A DNA stretch of 47,960 bases from an uncultured Rhodobacter sp. (lineage in GTDB: Bacteria > Pseudomonadota > Alphaproteobacteria > Rhodobacterales > Rhodobacteraceae). Position numbers and translations under genes: made by a program. Positions 1 to 7,927 of this stretch are shown in pieces (position 1 is the first letter of the stretch; each line of letters opens with the position of its first letter). Location: the NCBI GenBank assembly GCA_964469075.1, contig CAYXXQ010000001.1:1-47960 (forward strand), read 5' to 3'. The notes below the pieces were generated by a model. That model saw only the letters and a list, made by a program, of their open reading frames with translations. It did not search any database and was not told the origin of the DNA.

Positions 1-59
1 GGCCGCGTGACCGGAGGCAGAGTTGACGGGATCGGAGTCTAAACAGGAAAGGAAGTAAG

Positions 60-563
60 ATGAATACGAGAACGTCCAACGGCAGCAGAGCGCCACCGGC
101 AACGGTATGGTTGCTACGCGACGAACGACTGCGGCTACCTGTTCGGTATGCCTGTGAGGAGGACTTAAGCATGGCAACACCACCACCAACCACCATCAAG
201 AACATCGTTCGGCTTGTCGCGTATCAGCACATCTATCAGACATCGGAGCTGATAGGTGCAGCACATCGGGCCGCACATATGCCCGAGCTGGATCAACAAG
301 TGATCCTGAACAAGGTCAGGCACTACGACGTCCCTACTGGGATCTTGCCAAAGTCGAAATATGATAGGCGTATGGTGTTGCGCGTACGGGATAAGTCCCG
401 GGAACCGTGGGCCGACGTGGCCAGTGTTGAGGTCTGCTATAACCGCATGGTCACCAATAAGGAACTACTGACAACCTTTTTCGGCGCTGTCGTCCGGGCC
501 GCCAAGGCGCACAAAGTCGGCAACATCAAAATAGTTGTCGCCTGTCGCTTGCGGAAGTCGTGA
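60..563 (+). CDS. hypothetical early protein (167 aa as tracked; ATG 171 behind GAGGAGG would give 130 aa)
   Basis: This is the first long + strand ORF. A purine-rich SD-like stretch (AGGAAAGGAAG) precedes ATG 60, and GAGGAGG lies 8 nt before ATG 171. I recognise no motif. Confidence 0.5.
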   Translation: MNTRTSNGSRAPPATVWLLRDERLRLPVRYACEEDLSMATPPPTTIKNIVRLVAYQHIYQTSELIGAAHRAAHMPELDQQVILNKVRHYDVPTGILPKSKYDRRMVLRVRDKSREPWADVASVEVCYNRMVTNKELLTTFFGAVVRAAKAHKVGNIKIVVACRLRKS

Positions 564-622
564 CCCGAGAGTAGGATAGTAGAGCAATCGTGTAGATGTG
601 TAAATGTGTGGGAGTGTAGAGA

Positions 623-1027
623 ATGCCCGATTTAACCCCCGACCCTCAGATCCCCTTTCCTATCCCCGACCTCGACTTTTTGGACTTCAACGCTGTTGTA
701 ACAGCGTATCTCGATTGTGCCCAAAAGTCTGAAGGTATCTCCCAACAGTCCCGATACGTCTTTACCTCCAAAGCCCGATACACTGCGGCGAAGGACGTGT
801 ACCAGTTTCTATCTGACGCGGCGCCGGTTATAATCAGAGACACAAAAGGGTGCTCTGAGAAGGCGCTAGGACATGATCTGTGGCTAACTCGGAATGGCTA
901 TTGGGCGGGGTTTTTGGATGGCTCGTATTCAGATACCACCTGCCACGCACTATTTGAACTCGCTGCAGATATGGGAGATGTGCCCGTAGATATCGATAGG
1001 CACTTGGGAACGATCGATTTTGTTTAG
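623..1027 (+). CDS. hypothetical early protein (134 aa) with GHDLWLTRNGYWAGFLDG motif
   Basis: ORF with an SD-like GGGAG upstream. The GHDxWLTRNGxGAGF-type motif recalls a conserved phage/plasmid family that I cannot name from memory. Confidence 0.55.
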   Translation: MPDLTPDPQIPFPIPDLDFLDFNAVVTAYLDCAQKSEGISQQSRYVFTSKARYTAAKDVYQFLSDAAPVIIRDTKGCSEKALGHDLWLTRNGYWAGFLDGSYSDTTCHALFELAADMGDVPVDIDRHLGTIDFV

Positions 1028-1106
1028 AGGACACATGAAAACTGTTACAGGGTAGTCATTGCCAATATCGGTAGACGCGACAGCGACAAGAAACGGGGCA
1101 AGGAAA

Positions 1107-1328
1107 ATGATCAGCAGAATAATCCGAAAAGAGATCAAGCGGTGCAAACGAGTCAGGGCGGAAGTGGTCCGGTTCGACCGGAAACTATATACCCTGGAGC
1201 AGACCTTGAAAGATGAGTTGAAGTATACCACTGGTTACCGCCGATATCCGATCAGAGAGCGATTAGCGGCGAAGCGATCCAGCCTGGATCTGTCTGCTGA
1301 CTTGGCTAAGTGGCGGCGGGGCGAGTAG
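1107..1328 (+). CDS. small basic protein (73 aa from ATG 1107; tracked ORF starts at 1059)
   Basis: AAGGAAA precedes ATG 1107. The product is Lys/Arg-rich (MISRIIRKEIKRCKRVRAEVVRF...). No family recognised. Confidence 0.4.
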   Translation: MISRIIRKEIKRCKRVRAEVVRFDRKLYTLEQTLKDELKYTTGYRRYPIRERLAAKRSSLDLSADLAKWRRGE

Positions 1329-1352
1329 CGACACAGGAAAGGGAGCAGAACC

Positions 1353-1487
1353 ATGGCGACAACCAGACTCACAAACGCGATCCGAGACATAATCGTCCGT
1401 GCCGTATTGGATGATGTGTTCACTACGCGCACGGCATCGCTCAAAAAAGAGTTCAACATGATCGCGAGTCTTGGAGGTGTTGAATGA
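1353..1487 (+). CDS. 44-aa ORF, below the track cutoff (MATTRLTNAIRDIIVRAVLDDVFTTRTASLKKEFNMIASLGGVE)
   Basis: I translated this by hand. AGGAAAGGGAG sits upstream of ATG 1353. Its TGA (1485-1487) overlaps ATG 1484 of the next ORF (ATGA), which suggests translational coupling. Confidence 0.35.
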   Translation: MATTRLTNAIRDIIVRAVLDDVFTTRTASLKKEFNMIASLGGVE

Positions 1488-1699
1488 CGTCCCTGCAGAT
1501 CATGCGCAAATACGACCTCAGCTACGTGGATGCGGTACAGGCTGCTCCGTTCGGCCAAGACGCTACCAACGTCACGTATCTATTCCAGCCCTCACGCCCG
1601 ATTCCGCCACCTGTACGCAAGCCCGGGGACGTAATCACCCACAGGGACGGGCGACGGTACCAAGTGGCTAAAAACGGATCTTTTCGACGCATAGGATGA
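1484..1699 (+). CDS. hypothetical protein (71 aa)
   Basis: ORF is ATGA-coupled to the preceding small ORF. No motif recognised. Confidence 0.45.
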   Translation: MTSLQIMRKYDLSYVDAVQAAPFGQDATNVTYLFQPSRPIPPPVRKPGDVITHRDGRRYQVAKNGSFRRIG

Positions 1700-1704
1700 C
1701 ACTT

Positions 1705-1777
1705 TCCCCCGCCCCGCGTGACTTCCCCCGGTCAGGCGTGCGACACACGCGGATGCGTGTCGGTCAGGGGCGGGGGA
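1705..1777 (+). other. GC-rich three-way-junction hairpin element (possible terminator or structured RNA)
   Basis: TCCCCCGCCCC (1705-1715) is the perfect reverse complement of GGGGCGGGGGA (1767-1777). Two inner hairpins are enclosed: TGAC/GTCA (1719-1734), and CGACAC..GTGTCG extended by GC/GC around a GGAT loop (1741-1762). The element lies between the stop at 1699 and ATG 1809. Confidence 0.35.
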
Positions 1778-1808
1778 TTCAATCACAGAGACGGAAGGGA
1801 GTTGAGGG

Positions 1809-2216
1809 ATGACACTGGAAGAACTGAGAAGTGAAATTCACGACATGTTACGGGGCAGCATCGATGCTGCGAATCTTCGCAATCGCGGTGAGAACCTAGA
1901 TTGCGTGAATGACTCGATTGAGAGCATACTTGCCGAATGTCGCACCTCCCTCTCCCCCACAGCAGCCGAGGAATCCACGGGGGTTGAGGCGTGGAAAAAA
2001 TGCGGAAGAGAGGGGGCTGAGCAGCATCGTCACCGAGTCCTGTGCGGATCAATAGGTCTAAAGGGGGAGTGGTCCGACTGGGAGGACGGCATCCGACCTG
2101 CCGTTTATGGCAACGTACAAATAGAATACCGCTGCAAGGCAACTGCCGAGGAATCCACGGGGGTTGAGGTCAGAGACTCGTGCCGAGACGACGCCAGAAG
2201 CGCCGGAAGGGAGTGA
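1809..2216 (+). CDS. hypothetical protein (135 aa) containing two identical AEESTGVE segments
   Basis: GGAAGGGAG SD lies before ATG 1809. The N-terminal half looks plausibly helical. The ORF contains a 25-nt perfect direct repeat at 1965-1989 and 2145-2169. Confidence 0.5.
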   Translation: MTLEELRSEIHDMLRGSIDAANLRNRGENLDCVNDSIESILAECRTSLSPTAAEESTGVEAWKKCGREGAEQHRHRVLCGSIGLKGEWSDWEDGIRPAVYGNVQIEYRCKATAEESTGVEVRDSCRDDARSAGRE

Positions 2217-2219
2217 GTA

Positions 2220-2483
2220 ATGGATAAGTACGTACCGCGTGGGCCGTTGGCGCTGAACGCTACCGGATACAAGCAAAAGCTCCTCAACCGCCGTGTTCAA
2301 GTTGGGTGGGATGAAGATGCCAAATCTTGGGCACTTCATTTCCGAGGATTGGTTAGCCGGAAAGACCGGAAAATCAACAGGATCAGTCTGGCTTTGAGTG
2401 ATGAGGCTATGCGCGCGATGGTGGAAATGGTTAGTTGCGTGTACTCCGATAGGGATTATAGGCCGGAAGGGGGCAAGGTATGA
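2220..2483 (+). CDS. hypothetical protein (87 aa)
   Basis: ORF starts 4 nt after the previous stop and is ATGA-coupled to the next ORF at 2480. Confidence 0.5.
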   Translation: MDKYVPRGPLALNATGYKQKLLNRRVQVGWDEDAKSWALHFRGLVSRKDRKINRISLALSDEAMRAMVEMVSCVYSDRDYRPEGGKV

Positions 2484-3100
2484 AGGCAGAGGCCAACAAC
2501 ATAACTGCCGAAGTGACTACCCACAGGTTGCCGTGGCTCCGGCTGGAACACTGGCGCATCTGGGTTCGGCCCCGGTTGGAGTTCCATCTCGCTGGGATCA
2601 AGATAGGCCGAGTGAAGTTCATGGTCGGCTGGCACCTGCTCCTGGGCGGTGTGGTCTGTCAGGCGATGATTTTTGGGTTTGAACTCGCCGGTGCGCGCGC
2701 TCAGGGCCGCGAACAAGCACATGTGATCCTCAAAATGCAATGGGAACTAGCTGAAAAACTTGAAAAGGACACTTCCGAGGGTCAATACGGCATCGTGGTC
2801 GGAGGTCGCCATAATGTGGCCAAATGTTCGACAGGAGTGTACGGCGACCTATTTTTAGCTGATCCAGATTGGAACTCTGTTTCCGGTTCCTGGAGCATAG
2901 TCTCAGGGAAAAGGAACACGGTGTTCGCTGATAGGGTAGTACTTATCGGAGGCTCCGGGCACACGGCGGACACGGACGACCAAGTTCTCATTGCGGACGA
3001 AAACGGCGCCATGATGGACGAAGTGAACCCCAGGTTATCCAGAGCGATCCGCCAGGCTGTCTTCGATTTCTCGGGCAAAATACCTAAGGATTTTGAATAG
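2480..3100 (+). CDS. membrane-anchored protein (206 aa) with a Gly/Asn-rich repeat C-terminal domain
   Basis: There is a hydrophobic segment FMVGWHLLLGGVVCQAMIFGF. The C-terminal part, GIVVGGRHNVAKCSTGVYGD...SIVSGKRNTVFADRVVLIGGSGHTADTDDQVLI, resembles GG-x-x-N-x-A type beta-roll/tail-fibre repeats. ATGA coupling supports the start. Confidence 0.5.
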   Translation: MKAEANNITAEVTTHRLPWLRLEHWRIWVRPRLEFHLAGIKIGRVKFMVGWHLLLGGVVCQAMIFGFELAGARAQGREQAHVILKMQWELAEKLEKDTSEGQYGIVVGGRHNVAKCSTGVYGDLFLADPDWNSVSGSWSIVSGKRNTVFADRVVLIGGSGHTADTDDQVLIADENGAMMDEVNPRLSRAIRQAVFDFSGKIPKDFE

Positions 3101-3358
3101 TATGAAAGATTTCCCAATTCTGCAAGCCTGACGATGACCCAACTCCACATTTTCCTGATCATCGGCGGGGAAGATGGAGACAGGATCAAGAACACGGAAT
3201 ACCCACCGTCTGCACCCCCAAGCTGATCAAGTATCAGCGTATCGATGGGCGCTTCAAGTACTTCACAACACCCAGGGGCAGGAAGCAGCATAAGGATATC
3301 CTTGACTCCCTGTATTGTTAGGTCGAAACAGACACACAACACCAGGAACACCCACCCA

Positions 3359-3970
3359 ATGCAAACAGTACCACAATCAGCCTCATGTTTAGCACACACC
3401 CCGAATCCACTGCAGCTCATTGAGCGTGCGGGGAGGGTCTGCTACAAATCCGAATCCAAGATCACGGCAACTAGTGCCGACAAGTTCATCCGTATGATCC
3501 TGGCGCGAGGGCACGAATCGGTCTTGGAGCATGCATCAGCGACCTTTCACATCATCACCGATCGGGGAATCTCGCATGAGATCGTAAGGCACCGGTTGGC
3601 GAGCTACAGTCAGGAATCTACCCGGTACTGCAGCTACAAGTCGTCTGATCTCGTTTTCATCGACCCCGGATTCAAGCGTAGGGATAACGCGACCCTATGG
3701 GAACGGGCATGTATGGAGGCTGAAGATGCCTATAAGCGCATCCTACAGTACTCCACACCCCAGTGGGCCAGGAGCGTGCTGCCCAACAGTCTCAAAACCG
3801 AAATCGTGATGACCGCTAATTTTCGCGAGTGGCGGCATTTTCTGAGGATGCGTGCGGCTCAGGATGCTCATCCCCAGATTCAGGCCATCGCTGGGATGAT
3901 CCTCTCCTGGTTCACTGAGACCTACCCGGTGATCGTTGAAGACTTGGGACTGAAACAGGAGGTGAAGTAA
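3359..3970 (+). CDS. thyX: flavin-dependent thymidylate synthase ThyX (203 aa from ATG 3359; tracked ORF starts at 3245)
   Basis: The ThyX signature RHRLASYSQESTRY is present, together with GHESVLEHASATFHI. The N-terminus from ATG 3359 aligns by eye with the usual ThyX start. Confidence 0.9.
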   Translation: MQTVPQSASCLAHTPNPLQLIERAGRVCYKSESKITATSADKFIRMILARGHESVLEHASATFHIITDRGISHEIVRHRLASYSQESTRYCSYKSSDLVFIDPGFKRRDNATLWERACMEAEDAYKRILQYSTPQWARSVLPNSLKTEIVMTANFREWRHFLRMRAAQDAHPQIQAIAGMILSWFTETYPVIVEDLGLKQEVK

Positions 3971-4306
3971 ATGACAGCTCACACCAAAGAACTCGACGCC
4001 AAGGTCTGCGAGTTTGTTATCATAGTAGGTGGATTTTCTACGGGAAAGACGCTCAACAAAGGGGCGATCAAGCGGTATTTTAGGTGTGATGAATGCTACG
4101 ATTGTCCGGGGGAAGAGCTTGGGATTAGGAACTCTCAAGCCGGTCGGATTCTGATTCTCACAACTGATGCAGACGTTAAAGACCCTCGGGGCACACTTAA
4201 GCGCAAACCACGCATGGAAGGCGTCCGCGTTTCGGTGAGCCAGGTACGAGAACTGTTAGGCTCGGCGTGGATCGAGCCGGTAGCGAACCCCACATGTGAC
4301 CGTTGA
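3971..4306 (+). CDS. hypothetical protein (111 aa) with a CDECYDC cysteine cluster
   Basis: ATG directly abuts the thyX stop (TAAATG). No family recognised. Confidence 0.5.
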   Translation: MTAHTKELDAKVCEFVIIVGGFSTGKTLNKGAIKRYFRCDECYDCPGEELGIRNSQAGRILILTTDADVKDPRGTLKRKPRMEGVRVSVSQVRELLGSAWIEPVANPTCDR

Positions 4307-4322
4307 CGAGTGGAGAATAGCC

Positions 4323-4517
4323 ATGATTAGCCCCTACGAACCGGAAAAAGTGTCATTAATAGTCGAAAATAGACGCGAATTGAAATTGAAACACCTACTG
4401 CGTCAAGCCCTTACCATATTGGAAGAATACGATAGGGATCCTGAATTGATGGATCAAATACGGGAAGCGTCTCGTTTGAAGTGGTGGGAAAAAAGGAGCG
4501 GGGGCGTGGTAGTATGA
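4323..4517 (+). CDS. hypothetical protein (64 aa from ATG 4323; tracked GTG start at 4296)
   Basis: GGAGA lies 8 nt before ATG 4323. The stop overlaps the next ATG (ATGA at 4514). Confidence 0.45.
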   Translation: MISPYEPEKVSLIVENRRELKLKHLLRQALTILEEYDRDPELMDQIREASRLKWWEKRSGGVVV

Positions 4518-4747
4518 ACAGACGAGGATTCCTAGGATCGGCGATCGGGATCGTAGGGACTTTGGCGGCAGCGAGATGTACCTTCCTGCCAGAAAAGAAA
4601 GTCCCAAGTAGTAACATCGGGGACGGTTACGCAGATTTCAACAACCTGGGCACCACTGCATATGTAATGGAGCGAGGGCGTCGTTACCAATATGATCTGT
4701 CCGTCCCTTGGGACATTACCACCGCAGTATTTGTGGAGACACCCTAA
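4514..4747 (+). CDS. small exported protein with a twin-arginine-type signal (77 aa; tracked ORF starts at 4481)
   Basis: The N-terminus MNRRGFLGSAIGIVGTLAAARC matches the Tat pattern (RRxFL followed by a hydrophobic core and an AxA-like AAA). It is ATGA-coupled upstream and TAATG-coupled downstream. Confidence 0.5.
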   Translation: MNRRGFLGSAIGIVGTLAAARCTFLPEKKVPSSNIGDGYADFNNLGTTAYVMERGRRYQYDLSVPWDITTAVFVETP

Positions 4748-5073
4748 TGGTTTACGTGGATGATTATCCCGGACGTGTCGGAGGAATGCGGATGACCCGC
4801 ATGGCCGCTAAGTCCGAGGCCGAGCTGGACCGGATGGCAGTCGCAGTCGGGCTGCACATCGTGTGGAAACACCGGTGTCAGAGAACAGTATATTACAACC
4901 TCAGCAAGGCGAAGCACAACAAGGCCGTTGATTTGGGTGCGGTACCGATCACGGCAGCCGAGATGAGTCGTAAGTTCTTTTCGGGGGAGGAAAACATGAA
5001 GTTGGCCACGGAGCTGCAATATGCCCGACATGCCTTAGCCAAGCAGTCGGAAAGCGGGGAGACGATCCAATGA
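4747..5073 (+). CDS. DUF4031-like protein (108 aa from ATG 4747; tracked ORF starts at 4708)
   Basis: MVYVDDYPGRVGGMRMTRMAAKSEAELDRMAVAVGLHIVW...YYNLSKAKHNKAVDLGAVPIT follows the DUF4031 pattern as I remember it (VYVDD...M.HM.ad..eEL..mA..iG....hYdls..kr..A...GA). Confidence 0.6.
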   Translation: MVYVDDYPGRVGGMRMTRMAAKSEAELDRMAVAVGLHIVWKHRCQRTVYYNLSKAKHNKAVDLGAVPITAAEMSRKFFSGEENMKLATELQYARHALAKQSESGETIQ

Positions 5074-5258
5074 CAGCAGCAAACGAGAACCAAAAAGACA
5101 CCCGCATCGCGGAGCTCGAAACCCGGGTACGGGAACTGGTTTCTGAGGTAGAGGCGTCGCACCAAGAAACCAAGAATCTGGCACACACCCTGCGCCAGGT
5201 CAAAGCGGAGAAGTTCAGGCTTCAGCGCAAGGTCGAAGAGTGTGAAACTGTTCGGTAG
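5070..5258 (+). CDS. small coiled-coil protein (62 aa)
   Basis: ATGA-coupled. The sequence is heptad-like and charged (RIAELETRVRELVSEVEASHQETKNLAHTLRQVKAEKFRLQRKVEE). Confidence 0.45.
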   Translation: MTAANENQKDTRIAELETRVRELVSEVEASHQETKNLAHTLRQVKAEKFRLQRKVEECETVR

Positions 5259-5332
5259 GTTGTTCCCTGGGGCTTGCCTCCAAGGCATCCCAGGCGTATA
5301 GTGAATCCTACCTGGCGAAAGGGCGGTAAACA

Positions 5333-7927
5333 GTGGACGTAAGCGCATTCTCCTCCGTGTACGTACATAAGCTGGTATCCTTTATGGATGCCAACGACCC
5401 CGAAATCGAGCTATGTGATTACATCCAGCTTGATACCCCGTGTGAGCGGGACGTGGTCTTTTCCAGTTACAGGCTGTTCTCTGAAGCGAATCAAGCCTAC
5501 ACACAGCACCCAAGACTGGCAAAGACTCTGTACCCCGAGCTTGAAACTCAACAGCTCAGTCTGCATTTCCACTTCCTGATCCTCGATATTGATTCCCCCG
5601 ATCACACCCCTCTGGTGGACCTCCCGGACCCCGATGGGTTCATTACGACAGTGATCATGGCGTTGGAGGGTATGGAAACACCCCCCTCATGCGTCTATTC
5701 GACCCGTGCAGGCTTCCGAGCGCTCTGGTACCTGTCTACACCCATAACCGATCCCGACGAGTGGGACGGGCGTCAAATGGGCATGATAAAGGCCACACAG
5801 AAGACCGACATACCCGAGGAGTGTGTTGATGTCACGGCCGCGCAGTGGTCCCGGTTGTTCCGCGCACCCAACGTACACAGGCGTGGGTACCCCGCTATCG
5901 AGAGCGTCGACCACAAATACTACATGTTCACCGAATCCGAGAGATACTACGATCCCGAGGCCTTCGACATAGCCATCGTGCCCCGCACACTATCTGTGGT
6001 GACCGACGTCGAGGCCCCGGACCCGATCGAAGCCCTCAACCTGGTCGAATGCCTGCAGGATGGTGTGATCCGTCCGACAGTGTTCGGCAAGCTGGCACGT
6101 ACCAAGCTGAGAGGTACTATAGCGTTCAGCGCGGCATTCGATGAATGCTACGAGATTCCCCCCGGCCAACGGGACCACACGGTCTGCTCTATCGTAGGTA
6201 CTGCCCTGAACCGGCTGCCCGATGCATCCTTGATTGAGGTGTATGGGTTGTTCGTGGCTGTTGCCCAAGCGATGGGGTTGGACCAGAGTGGGATGCCGTT
6301 CACGGAACTCCTCTGGAACAAGATTCAACGCTTCGGCGCTCAGCGCGAAATGCAAAAGCAACAAGACAAGGTACTGGAAAAAGAGCTCAAGGAAATGACC
6401 CCGATTGAGCGGTGTGTTTTGGGGATGCAGAAATGGGTTCCCCGGAGCTCAGCCCCCGACCTCTATGCCGATGAGGAGTTGGCTTGGGAGTACATCCGGA
6501 GCCACGCATTCGCTAACCACGCAGACCGGTATTACAAGCTCACCGAGCACGGGGTCTATGCTACTGCCGGCGACCGTAAGAACCAGCTCCAAGCGACGAT
6601 AAAGCACGACACGTTCATGCGAGGCCTGCTCGGGACGGTCAACAACGGTCAGCTACGGGTACCAACCCCGGCAAATATTATGGCAAACAACACATCGGTT
6701 GTCTACGATATCGAGATGATACCAGAAGCGACCGGCGGACGCATAAGCGACATCAACACAGACCGCGCCACACTGGTGGTCGGTATGTACCGAATCGACC
6801 CGAAGCTGGCGTCAGAGTTCAACGCAGATGTGGACGACTGGCTGAAGAGTTGGACTGGCAACCACTACCAAGACATCTGTCGGTGGATCGCGTGGTCATT
6901 GGCGTTCAAGGAAGGCCCGACGTGTGCACTATCGATCCAAGGATTCCCGGGTATCGGTAAGGGAATGCTTGTCCAAGGCTTGGCTGAAGCCCTTGAAGTC
7001 CCCAACATCATGTATGGGGAAGAGTTGGTTGGTGATTTCCGCGCCACGCTGAAGAAGACACCCTTCATCTGTGTGAACGAGGGTTGGCCGATCGTCTCTA
7101 AGCGTCACCATCCAGCCAACCTGGTGCGGGAATTGATAGGCAGTTCCCGGTTAGCCATCGACGAAAAGTTCAAATCGGTTACGACCGTCTACAATCCCTG
7201 CAGGCTGATCCTGACGGCGAATAACGAGAGTGTCGTATCGGCACTCACTAAGGGTCAGATTCTGGAGCGTGCGGACAAGGAAGCCCTGATCTCGCGTGTC
7301 TACCACATGGTAGCTCCCTCGACAGCATTCGGGTGGCTGAGTGCTCGGGGCGGTCGGATGTTCACCAAGGACTGGATCCGGCCCGACGATGGGACAGCAA
7401 GCAAAAAGATCCTGGCAAAGCACTTCCTGTGGCTCTACGAGAACCGACACGACTACGGACACAAGGGCAACCGGTTCCTATGTGACGGATCCGACATGCA
7501 GGACAACCAGATACACCGCGTACTTTCAAGTGACTATCAGTTTACACCGCTCGTTGTTGAGGCTATTTTGAAGCTGATAGGTTTGAGCGTTGGTAATGGC
7601 ATGATTGGCGGGACATGGGAACGGGATTCCTACCACTACGATGTCGAAGCAGGCATCCTAGAGATTTCCGCAAAAGCTGTAAACGACATTTACCGTCAGT
7701 ATTTGATGGCTGTTTCCCGCGAACCACTTACAATGCACAAGATCAAACAGGTTCTGCAAAACTTTGCGGTACATGTAGATACGGGTAAGTACTACCTCGA
7801 CTGTGTGCGCCTGATGTCGTCCGCAATGGGGGATGGATTCACGTGTAAGATCTTAGAGAACATTGCAGCAACACAATATCAACAAAAAACGGGGGAGCGA
7901 CTTGCAGATAAGTTAAATTGGTGTTAG
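5333..7927 (+). CDS. bifunctional primase-helicase: AEP/prim-pol-like N-terminal domain plus SF3 (D5/P4-type) NTPase
   Basis: AEP-like motifs are FLILDIDSPD (hhhhDhD), YSTRAGFRALWYL and VDVTAAQWSRLFRAPN. The Walker A is GFPGIGKGM and the Walker B-like motif is PFICVNEG. The tracked start is GTG 5333; the first ATG is at 5384. Confidence 0.8.
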   Translation: MDVSAFSSVYVHKLVSFMDANDPEIELCDYIQLDTPCERDVVFSSYRLFSEANQAYTQHPRLAKTLYPELETQQLSLHFHFLILDIDSPDHTPLVDLPDPDGFITTVIMALEGMETPPSCVYSTRAGFRALWYLSTPITDPDEWDGRQMGMIKATQKTDIPEECVDVTAAQWSRLFRAPNVHRRGYPAIESVDHKYYMFTESERYYDPEAFDIAIVPRTLSVVTDVEAPDPIEALNLVECLQDGVIRPTVFGKLARTKLRGTIAFSAAFDECYEIPPGQRDHTVCSIVGTALNRLPDASLIEVYGLFVAVAQAMGLDQSGMPFTELLWNKIQRFGAQREMQKQQDKVLEKELKEMTPIERCVLGMQKWVPRSSAPDLYADEELAWEYIRSHAFANHADRYYKLTEHGVYATAGDRKNQLQATIKHDTFMRGLLGTVNNGQLRVPTPANIMANNTSVVYDIEMIPEATGGRISDINTDRATLVVGMYRIDPKLASEFNADVDDWLKSWTGNHYQDICRWIAWSLAFKEGPTCALSIQGFPGIGKGMLVQGLAEALEVPNIMYGEELVGDFRATLKKTPFICVNEGWPIVSKRHHPANLVRELIGSSRLAIDEKFKSVTTVYNPCRLILTANNESVVSALTKGQILERADKEALISRVYHMVAPSTAFGWLSARGGRMFTKDWIRPDDGTASKKILAKHFLWLYENRHDYGHKGNRFLCDGSDMQDNQIHRVLSSDYQFTPLVVEAILKLIGLSVGNGMIGGTWERDSYHYDVEAGILEISAKAVNDIYRQYLMAVSREPLTMHKIKQVLQNFAVHVDTGKYYLDCVRLMSSAMGDGFTCKILENIAATQYQQKTGERLADKLNWC

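Noticed and set aside
1705-1777. Possibility that the 73-nt structured element is a tRNA
   Set aside because: The closing stem is 11 bp rather than 7. Only two internal arms can be drawn, and there is no T-loop (GTTCRA) or D-loop consensus.
1965-2169. Possibility that the 25-nt repeat pair is a DGR template/variable repeat
   Set aside because: No reverse transcriptase gene is present anywhere in the window. The repeats are far shorter than DGR TR/VR pairs and show no adenine-specific mismatches, since they are identical.
3245-3358. N-terminal extension of ThyX from ATG 3245
   Set aside because: The extra 38 aa (MGASSTSQHPGAGSSIRISLTPCIVRSKQTHNTRNTHP) look non-protein-like. ThyX homologs, as remembered, begin where ATG 3359 does.
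2782-3420. 212-aa minus-strand ORF spanning the 3' end of the 206-aa gene, the gap and the thyX start
   Set aside because: It overlaps two plus-strand genes in an operon that is otherwise strictly on the plus strand. It has no SD. Only its first 100 codons or so fall in the gap, and no stop delimits a short gene there.
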